A stretch of DNA of 64,000 bases from Chthonomonadales bacterium (GCA_037443035.1 JBBIPC010000001.1:32001-96000), one strand, 5' to 3'; positions 18,416-29,452 are shown, counted from the first letter of the stretch. A program made the numbers and translations. The notes: generated from the sequence alone by a model not told the origin.

Positions 18416-19486
18416 ATGTCACTCTCACGCTTATCCATACTGTACCGCGCGGACGGCGGCCATACGGTCGGCACTGGACACCTGCTGCGGGCTTCGAGAG
18501 TCCTTCGCGCGCTGTCTTCGCTCACGACGCTCGACGCGATACTCGCGGTAGGTGATGATCCTGATGGCCTGTCGTACGCCTACGCCGCCGGAGTTCCTGT
18601 GCTGACCTTGCCGAGCATCTCCCGATTTGGCGTCAAGCCGGTGTTCGAACCTGCGACTCTTCTCGACGCAGTGGATCCAGGCTCGTACGACGTGGTAGTC
18701 GTGGACATGCTGGACACACCTGAAGGTTCGCTGGAGTCGATAGCCGCTCGTGGCTGCGTGGTCATAACGATGGACGATCGGGGTCCTGGTCGAACAGGGG
18801 CCGATGCGATCATCAGCTTTCTAGTGCGCGAACCCGACCCATCGGTACTCCCTCCTCACATCAGATTGTACGAGGGACCGGAGTATGCGACACTGGATGA
18901 ATCGTATGCCCTTGATGGCGCGCAACGTCCTATTGCCCCGTATGGTCAGAATAGTGTGCTCGTGACACTTGGCGGCGCGGATGCGGCCGGGCTCAGTCTG
19001 CGGGTGGCGCGTGCGCTCCGTCGGGTCCAGGGTATTCAGCGAGTGGAGTTCGTCTGCGGGAATGCGTACCGCCACATGCCGGAGCTAGAACGTATCGTTG
19101 CGGCTGCCCCCTGGCAGAGCGTGATCTCCGTCGGTCTTCCATCGCTGAAGCCTGCTTTTCTCCGGTCCGATCTTGCCATCGTAGCGGGCGGCCTCACCAT
19201 GCATGAAGCGTGTTGCACGGGTACGCCGGCTGTAGCCGTCTGCCAGCCCATTGACCATCAGATCGAGTTGGCTGGGTGGTTCGAGGATCTCGGCGCTATG
19301 CGGGCGGTCGGCGACGGTACGACGGCGGACGATGCCGATATCGCAGAGGTAGTTCAAGAACTCCTTGGAGATGAAGCAGCAAGGGGGAGAATGAGCAGGA
19401 TCGGTCCGCAGCTTGTGGATGGACGCGGCACCGAACGTACTGCACGAGCCATTCTCGAAGTCGCCGATTCTCGGCGAAGGAGGTAG
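18416..19486 (+). CDS. PseG/SpsG-like GT-B fold protein (UDP-sugar hydrolase/glycosyltransferase)
   Basis: RADGG..VGTGHLLR, LVTLGGAD, AGGLTMHE...GTP, DHQ, VDGRG. Confidence 0.75.
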   Translation: MSLSRLSILYRADGGHTVGTGHLLRASRVLRALSSLTTLDAILAVGDDPDGLSYAYAAGVPVLTLPSISRFGVKPVFEPATLLDAVDPGSYDVVVVDMLDTPEGSLESIAARGCVVITMDDRGPGRTGADAIISFLVREPDPSVLPPHIRLYEGPEYATLDESYALDGAQRPIAPYGQNSVLVTLGGADAAGLSLRVARALRRVQGIQRVEFVCGNAYRHMPELERIVAAAPWQSVISVGLPSLKPAFLRSDLAIVAGGLTMHEACCTGTPAVAVCQPIDHQIELAGWFEDLGAMRAVGDGTTADDADIAEVVQELLGDEAARGRMSRIGPQLVDGRGTERTARAILEVADSRRRR

Positions 19487-19490
19487 GAAC

Positions 19491-21005
19491 ATGCAGGATC
19501 TCGAGGCGAGTCTTCTTGAGCTCATTGTGGAGGCGTCGACGAATATGCCGGCGGATGTGCGAGAGGCTGTGCAGCGCTGGCGCGACAGCGAAGATGCCAA
19601 GACGCTCTCTGGAACGGCGGTCGGCATCATCTGCGCCAACACAGACATGGCGCGTTCGAACCGCGTCCCTCTGTGTCAGGACACGGGCATGTTGACCTTC
19701 TGGGTGACGTGTCCTCGCGGTGCCGACTACAAGAGGATCACTACTGCTATCCACGAGGCTGTTGCGACCGCCACTCGCATGGGTGTCTTGCGACCCAACT
19801 CCGTAGATAGCCTCACCGGAAAGAACGCAGGCCTGAACCTCGGGCCGGGCACGCCGGTCATCCACTTCGAGCAGCACGCGGAAGATGCTCTGGACGTCAT
19901 GCTCTTGTTGAAGGGTGGCGGCTGCGAGAATCAGAATGCCCAATACAGCCTTCCGTGCGAGCTACCGATCCTCGGTCGGGCAGACCGGGACCTGGAAGGC
20001 GTCTACAAGTGCATGATGCATGCGGTCCATCGGGCTCAGGGGCACGGGTGCAGCGCAGGCTTTCTCGGCGTCTGTGTTGGTAGTGACCGAGCGGAGGGAT
20101 ACGCGCACGCGAAGAGGCAACTGCTTCGGCCGGTGGACGACACGAATCTTATACCAGAGCTGGCTAAGCTGGAGTCACGAGTAATGGAGGACGCCAACAA
20201 GCTCCAGATCGGAACCATGGGCTTCGGCGGAAAGGTAACCCTGCTCGGATGCAAGATCGGAGCACTGAATCGCATTCCGGCCAGCTTCTTCGTTTCTGTC
20301 GCCTACAACTGCTGGGCGTATCGGCGAATCGGTGTACGACTGGATCCGTTCACGGGAGCCATCCGTGCGTGGCGGTTCAGGGCAGAAGATCCCGTGAACC
20401 TGGCTCTCGAGACTGCCGGACTGCCCGAAGACAGGGTAAAGCGCCTTTCGACGCCGCTGCGGCGAGAGGACGTGATGTCCCTGCGGGTGGGCGACTTAGT
20501 GCTCTTGAGCGGCCTGGTGCACACCGGCCGTGACGGTCTCCACAAGTATTTGACACAGTATGAGTCGCCGGTATCACTGGAAGGCGGACTTATCTATCAT
20601 TGCGGACCCGTGGTCATCAAGGACGCTTCTGGCGCATGGACGGTGAAGGCTGCAGGACCCACGACGTCCATTCGTGAGGAACCCTACCAGGCCGAGGTGT
20701 TGAGGCGAACAGGCGCGAGAGCCGTGGCCGGAAAGGGCGGCATGGGAGCAAGGACCTTGGAGGCCCTAAAGGAGGTCGGAGCAGTCTACCTGAATGCGAT
20801 CGGCGGTGCTGCTGCCTACTATGCCCAGACTGTGGAGGCAGTGGAGGGGGTGGACTTGCTAGAGGAGTTGGGTGTTCCGGAGGCCATGTGGCACCTGAGA
20901 GTGCGGGATTTCCCCGCCGTCGTCACCATGGATGCCCACGGCAATAGCCTCCATGCGGACGTCGCGGCTGCGTCAGGCGATCGTCTGCGTACTGTCATTC
21001 AGTAG
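19491..21005 (+). CDS. class I Fe-S fumarate hydratase (fused alpha/beta)
   Basis: PLCQDTG, KGGGCEN, GCSAG, YHCGP, GPTTS.R, GKGG, MDAHGNSLH; GGAGG RBS. Confidence 0.93.
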   Translation: MQDLEASLLELIVEASTNMPADVREAVQRWRDSEDAKTLSGTAVGIICANTDMARSNRVPLCQDTGMLTFWVTCPRGADYKRITTAIHEAVATATRMGVLRPNSVDSLTGKNAGLNLGPGTPVIHFEQHAEDALDVMLLLKGGGCENQNAQYSLPCELPILGRADRDLEGVYKCMMHAVHRAQGHGCSAGFLGVCVGSDRAEGYAHAKRQLLRPVDDTNLIPELAKLESRVMEDANKLQIGTMGFGGKVTLLGCKIGALNRIPASFFVSVAYNCWAYRRIGVRLDPFTGAIRAWRFRAEDPVNLALETAGLPEDRVKRLSTPLRREDVMSLRVGDLVLLSGLVHTGRDGLHKYLTQYESPVSLEGGLIYHCGPVVIKDASGAWTVKAAGPTTSIREEPYQAEVLRRTGARAVAGKGGMGARTLEALKEVGAVYLNAIGGAAAYYAQTVEAVEGVDLLEELGVPEAMWHLRVRDFPAVVTMDAHGNSLHADVAAASGDRLRTVIQ

Positions 21006-21022
21006 AAGCGTCCCACACCGCC

Positions 21023-22261
21023 ATGTCGGCGAAGCACTTCGCTCTGCTGACGTTGGGAGTAGGGCTCGTCTTGGCATCCATGCAGTGCCGGCGCCCCACG
21101 AGTCCTGGCCCACGGGGTGAAGCATGGCCTAACGATGACCGGCGAGTCGTGGACTTCGGACCAAGATACTCCCATGATGGCCGCAAGATCGCGTTCCTCC
21201 GCCGCGTGTCAAGGCGCATCCAGCTTTGGGTTGCGGACGCCAACCTACGCAAGTACGAAGTCGTGGCCGAAGCCGGTGAGGTCAATCCCGATGTGGACCT
21301 GCGCACCGGTGTTGGTGGATGGACAGGTGACGAGGCGCCGAGATGGGCGCCGGACGACCGGACCATCCTCTACCCACAGTGCCGATGGCTCAACAGGCAA
21401 GACGGCGAGCGCGTGCCAGGAACCGAGCTCTGGAAGTTCGATCTAGTGGCACGGCGGACCGGGCCGGCTCTTATCCACGAGGATTCCGAGAACGATGAGA
21501 CCAAGCACCAAGCCTACTACCTCCGTTCGCCGGCTATGCGCGCCGACGGTCGATATCTGGCCGCGATAGCAGAAGGCACATACGGTCGGCGTTGGCTCGT
21601 CCTGCGACCAGACGGCGCGGCCATCGTGGGGCTCGCGTTGCCGGATCGCTATCAGGACACAGACTGGCCGTGCTGGTCTCCCCGTGACGGGAAGATTGCC
21701 TATGCCCAAGGGATCCTGCGCGACATGACCGCGGATCGGGTCGCTGTGGTTCGGATGAGCGAGCCGGGCGGCAGGGATTCACGACAAGTGGTGAAGGTCA
21801 CGGCCAGCTCATACCGCAGCATTTGCGCATTGGACGTGGCGGCGCATGGCGGTACACCGATAGACGTGCGCATAGTGGGTCTCGCCTGGTCCTACGACGG
21901 AGAAGCACTCTACTTCTCGATGACGCCGGACGCTTCGGACCAGTCCCGCTACTCCGTTTGGAGGTCTGCCCTAGCCAATGACGCGACACCCGTGCGTGTG
22001 TCGCCGGTGGATGATGCCGGTTACCTGGCGCCGCATCCGTTTGCCGACGGTCGTGTGGGCGTTCTGCGCGTTCGTGGACGGCGGCTGCAAGCCGTAGTGC
22101 TGGATACGGCGCAAACGATCACACACGCCGCCGACTTGCCCTCGGACGACTTCGATTGGGCCCCAGATGGCCGCCATGTTGTGACCGCTGGCATCGCTAC
22201 GGACGCCAGCGGTCTGGGCCTCACGGTGCTAAGGGTGCATCCGGTCAAGAGGAAAGAGTAG
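21023..22261 (+). CDS. exported TolB/PD40-type beta-propeller protein
   Basis: hydrophobic N-terminus; repeated P.(W/Y)SPDG-like units (YSHDGRKIAF, WAPDD, WSPRDG, WSYDG, WAPDG). Confidence 0.7.
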   Translation: MSAKHFALLTLGVGLVLASMQCRRPTSPGPRGEAWPNDDRRVVDFGPRYSHDGRKIAFLRRVSRRIQLWVADANLRKYEVVAEAGEVNPDVDLRTGVGGWTGDEAPRWAPDDRTILYPQCRWLNRQDGERVPGTELWKFDLVARRTGPALIHEDSENDETKHQAYYLRSPAMRADGRYLAAIAEGTYGRRWLVLRPDGAAIVGLALPDRYQDTDWPCWSPRDGKIAYAQGILRDMTADRVAVVRMSEPGGRDSRQVVKVTASSYRSICALDVAAHGGTPIDVRIVGLAWSYDGEALYFSMTPDASDQSRYSVWRSALANDATPVRVSPVDDAGYLAPHPFADGRVGVLRVRGRRLQAVVLDTAQTITHAADLPSDDFDWAPDGRHVVTAGIATDASGLGLTVLRVHPVKRKE

Positions 22262-22277
22262 CGAAAGCTTTTGCTGG

Positions 22278-24188
22278 TCAGTCCGGAATGCTCTCGTCGG
22301 GGCTGTCGGGCACGGCGGCAACTTCGCCTTCTGGTAGTGCCTTGCTCGTGCCAATGATGGCAACGAACTCGTCACGTTCGATGCATTCCCGCTCCATGAG
22401 ATGTGCGACGAGTCGCTCCAGGGCGTCACGGTTGTTCGCAAGTATCTCAGTAGCACGGTCGAAGTTACGCTCGACGATGGAGCGCACCTCCGCGTCTATG
22501 AGCTGCGCTACTTCTTCCGAGTAATCTCGGTCTTCCATAATGTCGCGGCCTAGGAAGGGATTGCCGTGACGGCGACCAAGGCGGAGGGGGCCGAGCTTCG
22601 GACTCATACCGTATTCGCAAACCATAGCTCGAGCGACATCCGTGGCACGGTCGAGGTCGTTCGCAGCGCCCGTGTCCATATCGCCGAAGACGAGCAGCTC
22701 TGCCGCGCGGCCAGCTACCAGGACGGCGATAAGCGCTTCCAGCTCCGACTGGGTACGTGTATACCGATCCTCGGTAGGCAGGGAGATAGTGTAACCCAAC
22801 GCCATGCCTCGCGGAAGGATGCTGACCTTGTTGACCGGGTCGGCTTCAGCGATCATCTCACCGACGATGGCATGACCCGCCTCGTGATATGCCGTCCGGC
22901 GCCTTGTTTCCGGAGTGAGTACTCGGCTCTTCCGCTCGGGACCCATGATCACCCGGTCAATAGACTCCTCGAACTCTGCCATGGTGATGACTTGCTTGTT
23001 ACGGCGGGCTGCAAGCAGAGCAGCTTCGTTTACAAGGTTGGCGATGTCTGCGCCCGTGAAGCCAGGAGTACGCTGGGCTAGCAGCTCGATGGCCTTCTCG
23101 CGTTGAGCCTCGTTGCTATTGAACTCCAGCGGCTTGTTCCTGAGATGGACTCGGAAAATCTCGCGACGTCCGCGAACGTCCGGAGCATCTACCACGACAC
23201 GCCTATCGAATCGACCGGGTCGCAAGAGAGCTGGGTCCAGAATATCTGGTCGGTTCGTTGCCGCGATCAGGATGACGCCCGCGTTCGGATCGAAGCCGTC
23301 CATCTCGACGAGAAGCTGATTCAGCGTCTGTTCTCGTTCATCATGGCCACCGCCCAAGCCGGCGCCTCGCTGTCGGCCCACGGCGTCGATCTCGTCTATG
23401 AAGATCAGGGATGGCCGATGAGTCTTGGCGGTCTCGAACAGGTCGCGAACGCGGCTCGCACCGACCCCGACGAACATCTCCACGAAGTCGGAGCCAGAGA
23501 TGTGGAAGAACGGCACTCCCGCTTCGCCTGCAATAGCTCGTGCCAACATGGTCTTGCCGCATCCAGGCGGCCCCAAAAGGAGCACGCCTTTGGGGATCTT
23601 GGCCCCTAGGGCGATGAACTTCTTCGAGTCCTTCAGAAACTCGACGATCTCTGCCAGTTCAGCTTTCGCTTCGTCCACGCCCGCTACATCCTCGAAAGTG
23701 ATCTTCGGCACAGCGTCCGAAAGCCGTTTGGCGCGAGAGCGGCCGAAGGATAACGCCTGATTGCCACCTGCCTGGGCTTGACGGAGGAACAGGAACCAGA
23801 GAAAACCGATGAACACCAGCGGCACTACAACCGTGAACAGAATGCTTGTGGTCACATCGGACAACCACGGTCGTGTGTACTCGAACGGAACCTTGTTTCG
23901 GAGTAGGAGCTCCTCCAGGCGGCTCTGGGCGTCTGGTGAGGGAGGAAGGTTGACGGTGAAGGTGTCGGACGTGAACGCCGGCGGGCGCTGAATGTACTCT
24001 CCCTCGAATGTGTCTCGCGAGAGCTTGCCGCGCCGCACGTTATGTGCCTCGATTTGCTCGACGAATAGCGAATAGGATATGGGCCGGCTCGCCTCGCCCA
24101 GACCCCCGATGTTCCGTTTCTGAAAGATGAACAGGAGCAGGGCCAGGCCGGCGGCGGTCAGGATGAGCTTCAGAGCTCTGTTATTCAC
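22278..24188 (-). CDS. ftsH: ATP-dependent zinc metalloprotease FtsH
   Basis: two TM segments, [15 protein letters not shown], second region of homology, HEAGH. Confidence 0.97.
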   Translation of the reverse strand: MNNRALKLILTAAGLALLLFIFQKRNIGGLGEASRPISYSLFVEQIEAHNVRRGKLSRDTFEGEYIQRPPAFTSDTFTVNLPPSPDAQSRLEELLLRNKVPFEYTRPWLSDVTTSILFTVVVPLVFIGFLWFLFLRQAQAGGNQALSFGRSRAKRLSDAVPKITFEDVAGVDEAKAELAEIVEFLKDSKKFIALGAKIPKGVLLLGPPGCGKTMLARAIAGEAGVPFFHISGSDFVEMFVGVGASRVRDLFETAKTHRPSLIFIDEIDAVGRQRGAGLGGGHDEREQTLNQLLVEMDGFDPNAGVILIAATNRPDILDPALLRPGRFDRRVVVDAPDVRGRREIFRVHLRNKPLEFNSNEAQREKAIELLAQRTPGFTGADIANLVNEAALLAARRNKQVITMAEFEESIDRVIMGPERKSRVLTPETRRRTAYHEAGHAIVGEMIAEADPVNKVSILPRGMALGYTISLPTEDRYTRTQSELEALIAVLVAGRAAELLVFGDMDTGAANDLDRATDVARAMVCEYGMSPKLGPLRLGRRHGNPFLGRDIMEDRDYSEEVAQLIDAEVRSIVERNFDRATEILANNRDALERLVAHLMERECIERDEFVAIIGTSKALPEGEVAAVPDSPDESIPD

Positions 24189-24251
24189 GAATTAGCCTCC
24201 GGATGCCGCCGATGCGGCAATCTAAGTATGACATACGCAGGCAGAGGGTTA

Positions 24252-25652
24252 TTACTCACAAGTCGGGGTGCAACGTATCTCTAGGCAGGGGCACGGCGTT
24301 GCCTGTATCCGCACCCGTTCATCGGCTACGACGCCGGGTACCCAGAGGATGCCAACTGCATCTGAAAGTACGGGGATACGCTGACGCTGACGGCGCGGCA
24401 CCTTGCGATCCGTGAAGCAGTCGGCGAGCGTCTTCGATCCAGCTAGCCCCAACGGTCGCACACGGTCGCCAGTCCTCGCGTTGCGTATGACAAGCGGTGG
24501 AACGACCGCGAGCTCCGGTACGACGAGGCAGTCAGGAGCGACCGAGTCCGGCGGACGCGTGAGCTGGATCCGCTTGGCGGTCACAGTGACGCCTGCCATG
24601 GGAACCCGGGCTTCCCCTGGGACGGTCAGCGGCAAGGAGAAGTCAGATGCTGCTTCCGGAGGTCGAGAGACTTCGATGCTGTTTCCGAGTTTGATCACGG
24701 TTCGACCGCTGGGGAGGGTCCAGGACGCTGTGCAGCACCCTGGGGTATCTGCTTGGCTGACGACGCCATCCACGATGCTCCAATGCAAGTCGGTCAGGTC
24801 TCCTCGGATGTGGGCAACCATGGCACGAATGACCCGTCTTCGGAGAGCCCTCGGCAAGGCGTTGAAGTCGTTCCGCGCAATGGAGATCGCCTCCGCAGAT
24901 GCTTCTCGCGTGAGCTGTCGCAAGGCATCCTGGGTCAGGCTATCGAGATAGTCGGACTCTTCTTCTGCATTCTCAGCCAGTCGCACCAGGGCTTCTCGCA
25001 CGCGGGGGTTGAAGTACGCTGCAAGGTAAGGCAGGAACTCCGTGCGGACTCGATTGCGCCGGAAGCGTAGGTCCCGGTTGTGGCGGTCTACACGCGGCGA
25101 TAGCCCTATAGCGCGGCAGTACTGGCCCGTCATGGCGCGTGACACGAAGAGCAGTGGACGAACAATCGGTCCATCGTGCACACGCATTGCGCTGAGGCCG
25201 CGCACGCCCGTCCCCCGCACCATGTTGAGGAGCACCGTCTCCGCACGGTCGTCGGCTGTGTGGGCCAGGGCGATCCTTGCATTGCCAAGCGTGCCGGCAA
25301 CTTCCTGCAGCGCTGACCGTCGTAGCTGCCGCGCCGCAGCTTCTAGCGACAAACCAGCTTCTGCCGCGACTGCTGGCGCGTCGCAACGCACGACGGTAAG
25401 CGGCACGCCGAGTTCCGAGCAGTGTCGCTCGACAAACGCCAGGTCATCATCAGCCTCTGTGCCGCGAATGCCATGATGGACATGGCAAGCAAAGAGCTCG
25501 AATTCTAGCTCGTCACGCAGCGCGTGGAGGCAATGTAGCAGAGCCAGCGAGTCTTGGCCTCCAGATACCGCCGCGAGCACATTGGCACCGCGCGGCAGCA
25601 ATCTGTAGCGTGTCACAGTATCTCGAACCAACTTGGGAAGGTCATGGCACAT
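24252..25652 (-). CDS. tilS: tRNA(Ile)-lysidine synthetase
   Basis: AVSGGQDS PP-loop, HGIR, AHTADDRAET, RPLL, RNRVR, C-terminal GDR...G.K domain. Confidence 0.95.
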   Translation of the reverse strand: MCHDLPKLVRDTVTRYRLLPRGANVLAAVSGGQDSLALLHCLHALRDELEFELFACHVHHGIRGTEADDDLAFVERHCSELGVPLTVVRCDAPAVAAEAGLSLEAAARQLRRSALQEVAGTLGNARIALAHTADDRAETVLLNMVRGTGVRGLSAMRVHDGPIVRPLLFVSRAMTGQYCRAIGLSPRVDRHNRDLRFRRNRVRTEFLPYLAAYFNPRVREALVRLAENAEEESDYLDSLTQDALRQLTREASAEAISIARNDFNALPRALRRRVIRAMVAHIRGDLTDLHWSIVDGVVSQADTPGCCTASWTLPSGRTVIKLGNSIEVSRPPEAASDFSLPLTVPGEARVPMAGVTVTAKRIQLTRPPDSVAPDCLVVPELAVVPPLVIRNARTGDRVRPLGLAGSKTLADCFTDRKVPRRQRQRIPVLSDAVGILWVPGVVADERVRIQATPCPCLEIRCTPTCE

Positions 25653-25716
25653 GCTGAGGTATTATCGAGACTCCTCGCAGAGAATGTCAACCCATCGCAC
25701 GGGAGGTACTACGCCG

Positions 25717-26850
25717 ATGGCGTCAAGCGCGAAACGGCCGGGAGCTGGCCTGGAGGATGTGGTCGCCGGCGAAAGCAAGATCTGCTACGTGGATGGTGAG
25801 CGCGGCCGTCTCATCTACTATGGCTACGATGTCGCCGAACTCGCCGCGCACTCATCGTTCGAGGAAGTTGCTTACCTCCTGTGGTATGGCCGGCTTCCAG
25901 GACGCATCGAGTTCGACGCTTTCCTGGATACATTCACGGGCTCCATGCGGTTGCCGGTCGAGACGGCCATGATTCTGCGGATGTTCCCGCGCACGGCGAC
26001 CCCCATGGAAGTGCTTCGTACAGCCGTATCGTCGCTGGGACACTGGGACCCAGACAGCGGCAACACTGCGTTGGACGCATGCCTGCGGAAGGCCATCCGT
26101 CTCACAGAACGCCTCCCGCTGCTCATCACGGCCCACCAACGCCTGAGGAACGGTCTGGAGCCTGTGCCACCCAAGCCTGGCCGCAGCATTGCCTACAACT
26201 TCCTGTACACTCTGTTCGGAACCGAGCCGAAAGGCGCGATGGTGACGGCGTTCGACGTTGCACTCATTCTGCATGCCGACCATGAGCTGAACGCCTCGAC
26301 CTTCGCTGCAAGGGTTGTGGCTGCGACGATGTCGGACATGTACTCGGGGGTGACCGCCGCCATCGGCGCGCTCAAAGGACCTCTGCACGGAGGTGCGAAC
26401 GAGCAGGTCGTGCGCATGTTCCAGCAGATTGGCGACCCAGCGGCCGCGGAGGCTTGGGTGCTCCAAGCGCTGGAGGCCAAGAAGAAGGTGCCCGGTTTCG
26501 GGCATCGCGTGTATCGGACATACGATCCTCGGGCTGTTATCCTCAAGAACTATGCCAAGTCGTCCTCCGATGCGGCGGGTGATACTCGGCTGTACGAGAT
26601 CGCCTGCGCCGTCGAGGATACGATGCTGAAGCACTCCAAGGTCTTTCCAAACGTGGATTTCTGGTCGGGCATCTGCTATTCGTCCATGGGTATCCCGACC
26701 GAGCTGTTCACTCCCATCTTCGCCGTGAGTCGGGTTGTCGGATGGACTGCGCACATCCTCGAGCAGTGGTCGGACAATCGCCTCATCCGTCCTCGTGCCG
26801 AGTACGTGGGGCCGATGGACCTGAAGTACGTGCCCATTAACCGTCGTTGA
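25717..26850 (+). CDS. citrate synthase (type I / citrate-methylcitrate family)
   Basis: HADHELNAST, GPLHGGAN, GFGHRVY, DPRA, PNVDF, LIRP; GGAGGT RBS. Confidence 0.94.
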   Translation: MASSAKRPGAGLEDVVAGESKICYVDGERGRLIYYGYDVAELAAHSSFEEVAYLLWYGRLPGRIEFDAFLDTFTGSMRLPVETAMILRMFPRTATPMEVLRTAVSSLGHWDPDSGNTALDACLRKAIRLTERLPLLITAHQRLRNGLEPVPPKPGRSIAYNFLYTLFGTEPKGAMVTAFDVALILHADHELNASTFAARVVAATMSDMYSGVTAAIGALKGPLHGGANEQVVRMFQQIGDPAAAEAWVLQALEAKKKVPGFGHRVYRTYDPRAVILKNYAKSSSDAAGDTRLYEIACAVEDTMLKHSKVFPNVDFWSGICYSSMGIPTELFTPIFAVSRVVGWTAHILEQWSDNRLIRPRAEYVGPMDLKYVPINRR

Positions 26851-29318
26851 ACACTCCAGGGGATGTCCGTTCCGTGCGCCTGCAGGACTCCATCACCGCC
26901 AACGACCTAGAGCGTCGTATACGTGAACACGCGCGCTACACACTCGCACGGGAGTGGGAGGAGCTCGAACCCTCGCAGATCTTCACTGCAGTGGCGTGTG
27001 CGACACGGGACCTGGTTATCGAGGCGGCGTTGGAAACCGAGCGGCGCATACGCTCCAGCAAGGCCAAGCGCATCTACTACCTCTCCATCGAGTACCTGAT
27101 CGGACGTTCGCTTGGCAACAATCTGCGCAACCTCGGCTTGTATGACCTATGCCGTACAACCTTGAACCGCCTTGGCATCGAGCTCGATGACCTCTTGGAG
27201 GAAGAGGCTGAAGCAGCGCTGGGCAACGGCGGTCTGGGTCGGCTGGCAGCATGCTTCTTGGACTCCATGGCGACGATGGGCTACGCCGGCATGGGCTACG
27301 GCATCAACTACGAAAACGGTTTGTTCCGGCAGGTGATCATCAACGGCGCGCAAGTGGAGCAGCCTGAGAACTGGCGCGCGTTCGGATCGCCGTGGCTGAT
27401 CCTGCGCCCTGAGGAAGCCATCGCCGTACCCATGTACGGTAGAGTCGTCCATCGCACGTTGCCCGATGGTCGCTACAGTCCGATCTGGACGGACTGGCGC
27501 CTTGTCCTCGGGGTGCCGTCCGATCTGCCCATCGTTGGCTATGGCGGTAACACCGTAACGTATTTGCGACTCTATTCGGCTCACTCTACCAATGACCTTG
27601 ACCTCACGGCCTTCGGCGGTGGTGCCTACCTCCATGCTGTGGCGCAGCGGGTCGAAGACGAGACAATCTCCCGAGTGCTCTACCCACTCGATGCTGCTGA
27701 GGCTGGGCGTGAACTCCGTCTGCGACAGGAGTACTTCTTCGTCGCGTGCGCTGTACGAGACATCCTGAGACGCTACCTAGTGGAGCACACCGACCTGCGC
27801 GAGCTGCCTGAGCACGTCGCTATCCATCTGAACGACACCCATCCCACGCTGGCGATACCGGAGATGATGCGCTTGCTGGTGGATGATCATGGGATGGACT
27901 GGGATACGGCGTGGGATGTGACCCAGCGAGTGTTCGGTTACACCAACCATACACTTATGCCAGAGGCGCTAGAGAGCTGGGCGGTTACCCTCTTGGAGCG
28001 GGTCATACCCCGGCACCTGCTCATCATCTACGAGATCAATCGCCGCTTCGTGGAGCAGGTCCGAGCACGTTGGCCAGGTGATGACGAAGTCGTTCGGAGA
28101 ACGAGCATCGTTCATACGAACGGAGAAGCTCGCATCAGTATGGGCGCGTTGGCCGTGGTGGGGAGCCACAGCATCAACGGCGTGTCGGAGCTACACAGCG
28201 GACTGGTGCGCAGCCGCCTCTTCGAGCATCATGCGGCCCTCTGGCCCGAGCGCTTCCACAACAAGACCAACGGAGTGTCTCCCAGACGTTGGATCCTCAC
28301 CGCCAATCCCGACTTGGCTAACTTCCTGGACATGCTGCTCGGACGTAGCTGGGTAGTGGACCTGGACCGGCTCGAGGAACTGGAGAAGTACATCGCCGAT
28401 ACCAGTGCGCGCGACAGATTCGCTGATGTGAAGAAAGAGAACAAGGCACGCCTTGCCAGGTACATCCTTGACGAGCTGGAGGAGACGGTAGATCCCCAAT
28501 CGCTGTTCGATGTGCAGGTGAAGCGGATTCACGAGTACAAACGGCAGATTCTGAACCTCCTAAGGATAGCCGATGATTACCTCCGCATTGTCGAAGATGG
28601 CTACGAACCACCTGTGCCTCGTACATACCTCTTTGCAGGCAAGGCAGCAGTCGGCTACCATAACGCTAAGGAGACTATCCGCGCCATCTTGGCCCTGGCG
28701 AAAACGGTCAACCGCCACGCACGCGCCAAGCAGCACATGCGCCTGTTATTCCTGCCGGACTATCGCGTCACTCTGGCGGAACGCATCATCCCTGCAGCGG
28801 ACCTCAGTGAGCAGATCAGTCTGGCAGGAACAGAGGCGTCCGGAACGGGCAACATGAAGCTGGCGATGAATGGTGCACTGACGATCGGCACACGGGACGG
28901 TGCCAACATCGAGATAGAAGAAGCGGTTGGTGCCGAGAATGCGTTCATGTTCGGCATGAGTGTTGCCGAAGTCGCCGAGCGCCGACGTGCGGGTTACAGA
29001 TCGGTGGAGATGGTGCAGGGCAATCCAAGGCTACGAAGGGTGCTGGAGGCATTTCGTGACGGAGTCTTGACGCCCAAGGTGCCGGAGGTAGGCGCCTGGG
29101 TTTGGCATAGGCTGGTGGACGAAGGCGACGAGTACATGGCGTTGGCGGATTTCCAATCCTATGTGGAAGCTCAGGAGCACGTAACGCAGCTCTACTGCCG
29201 GCGGGTTGACTGGCAGGTCGCGGCCCTCCGCACAGTTGCCCGTATGGGTCGGTTCTCGAGCGACCGAACGATCAAGGAGTACGCCGCAGACGTATGGCAT
29301 GCCCGGCCTGCGGAGTGA
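26847..29318 (+). CDS. glgP: glycogen/starch phosphorylase
   Basis: LGNGGLGRLAAC, NDTHP, YTNHT, KRIHEYKRQ, EASGTGNMK, FSSDRTI. Confidence 0.96.
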   Translation: MNTPGDVRSVRLQDSITANDLERRIREHARYTLAREWEELEPSQIFTAVACATRDLVIEAALETERRIRSSKAKRIYYLSIEYLIGRSLGNNLRNLGLYDLCRTTLNRLGIELDDLLEEEAEAALGNGGLGRLAACFLDSMATMGYAGMGYGINYENGLFRQVIINGAQVEQPENWRAFGSPWLILRPEEAIAVPMYGRVVHRTLPDGRYSPIWTDWRLVLGVPSDLPIVGYGGNTVTYLRLYSAHSTNDLDLTAFGGGAYLHAVAQRVEDETISRVLYPLDAAEAGRELRLRQEYFFVACAVRDILRRYLVEHTDLRELPEHVAIHLNDTHPTLAIPEMMRLLVDDHGMDWDTAWDVTQRVFGYTNHTLMPEALESWAVTLLERVIPRHLLIIYEINRRFVEQVRARWPGDDEVVRRTSIVHTNGEARISMGALAVVGSHSINGVSELHSGLVRSRLFEHHAALWPERFHNKTNGVSPRRWILTANPDLANFLDMLLGRSWVVDLDRLEELEKYIADTSARDRFADVKKENKARLARYILDELEETVDPQSLFDVQVKRIHEYKRQILNLLRIADDYLRIVEDGYEPPVPRTYLFAGKAAVGYHNAKETIRAILALAKTVNRHARAKQHMRLLFLPDYRVTLAERIIPAADLSEQISLAGTEASGTGNMKLAMNGALTIGTRDGANIEIEEAVGAENAFMFGMSVAEVAERRRAGYRSVEMVQGNPRLRRVLEAFRDGVLTPKVPEVGAWVWHRLVDEGDEYMALADFQSYVEAQEHVTQLYCRRVDWQVAALRTVARMGRFSSDRTIKEYAADVWHARPAE

Positions 29319-29379
29319 AAATGCGAGGACTACCTGGTGCCATCGAACACGGGGACAGAATAGAGGACGCTTGCAAGAG

Positions 29380-29452
29380 TGGAGCTGGGCGGATTCGAAC
29401 CGCCGACCTCCTCGATGCGAACGAGGCGCTCTCCCAGCTGAGCCACAGCCCC
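29380..29452 (-). tRNA. tRNA-Ala(CGC)
   Basis: GGGGCTG-TG-GCTC-AGCTGGGA-GAGC-G-CCTCG-TT[CGC]AT-CGAGG-AGGTC-GGCGG-TTCGAAT-CCGCC-CAGCTCC-A; G3:U70 present; CCA not encoded. Confidence 0.96.
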
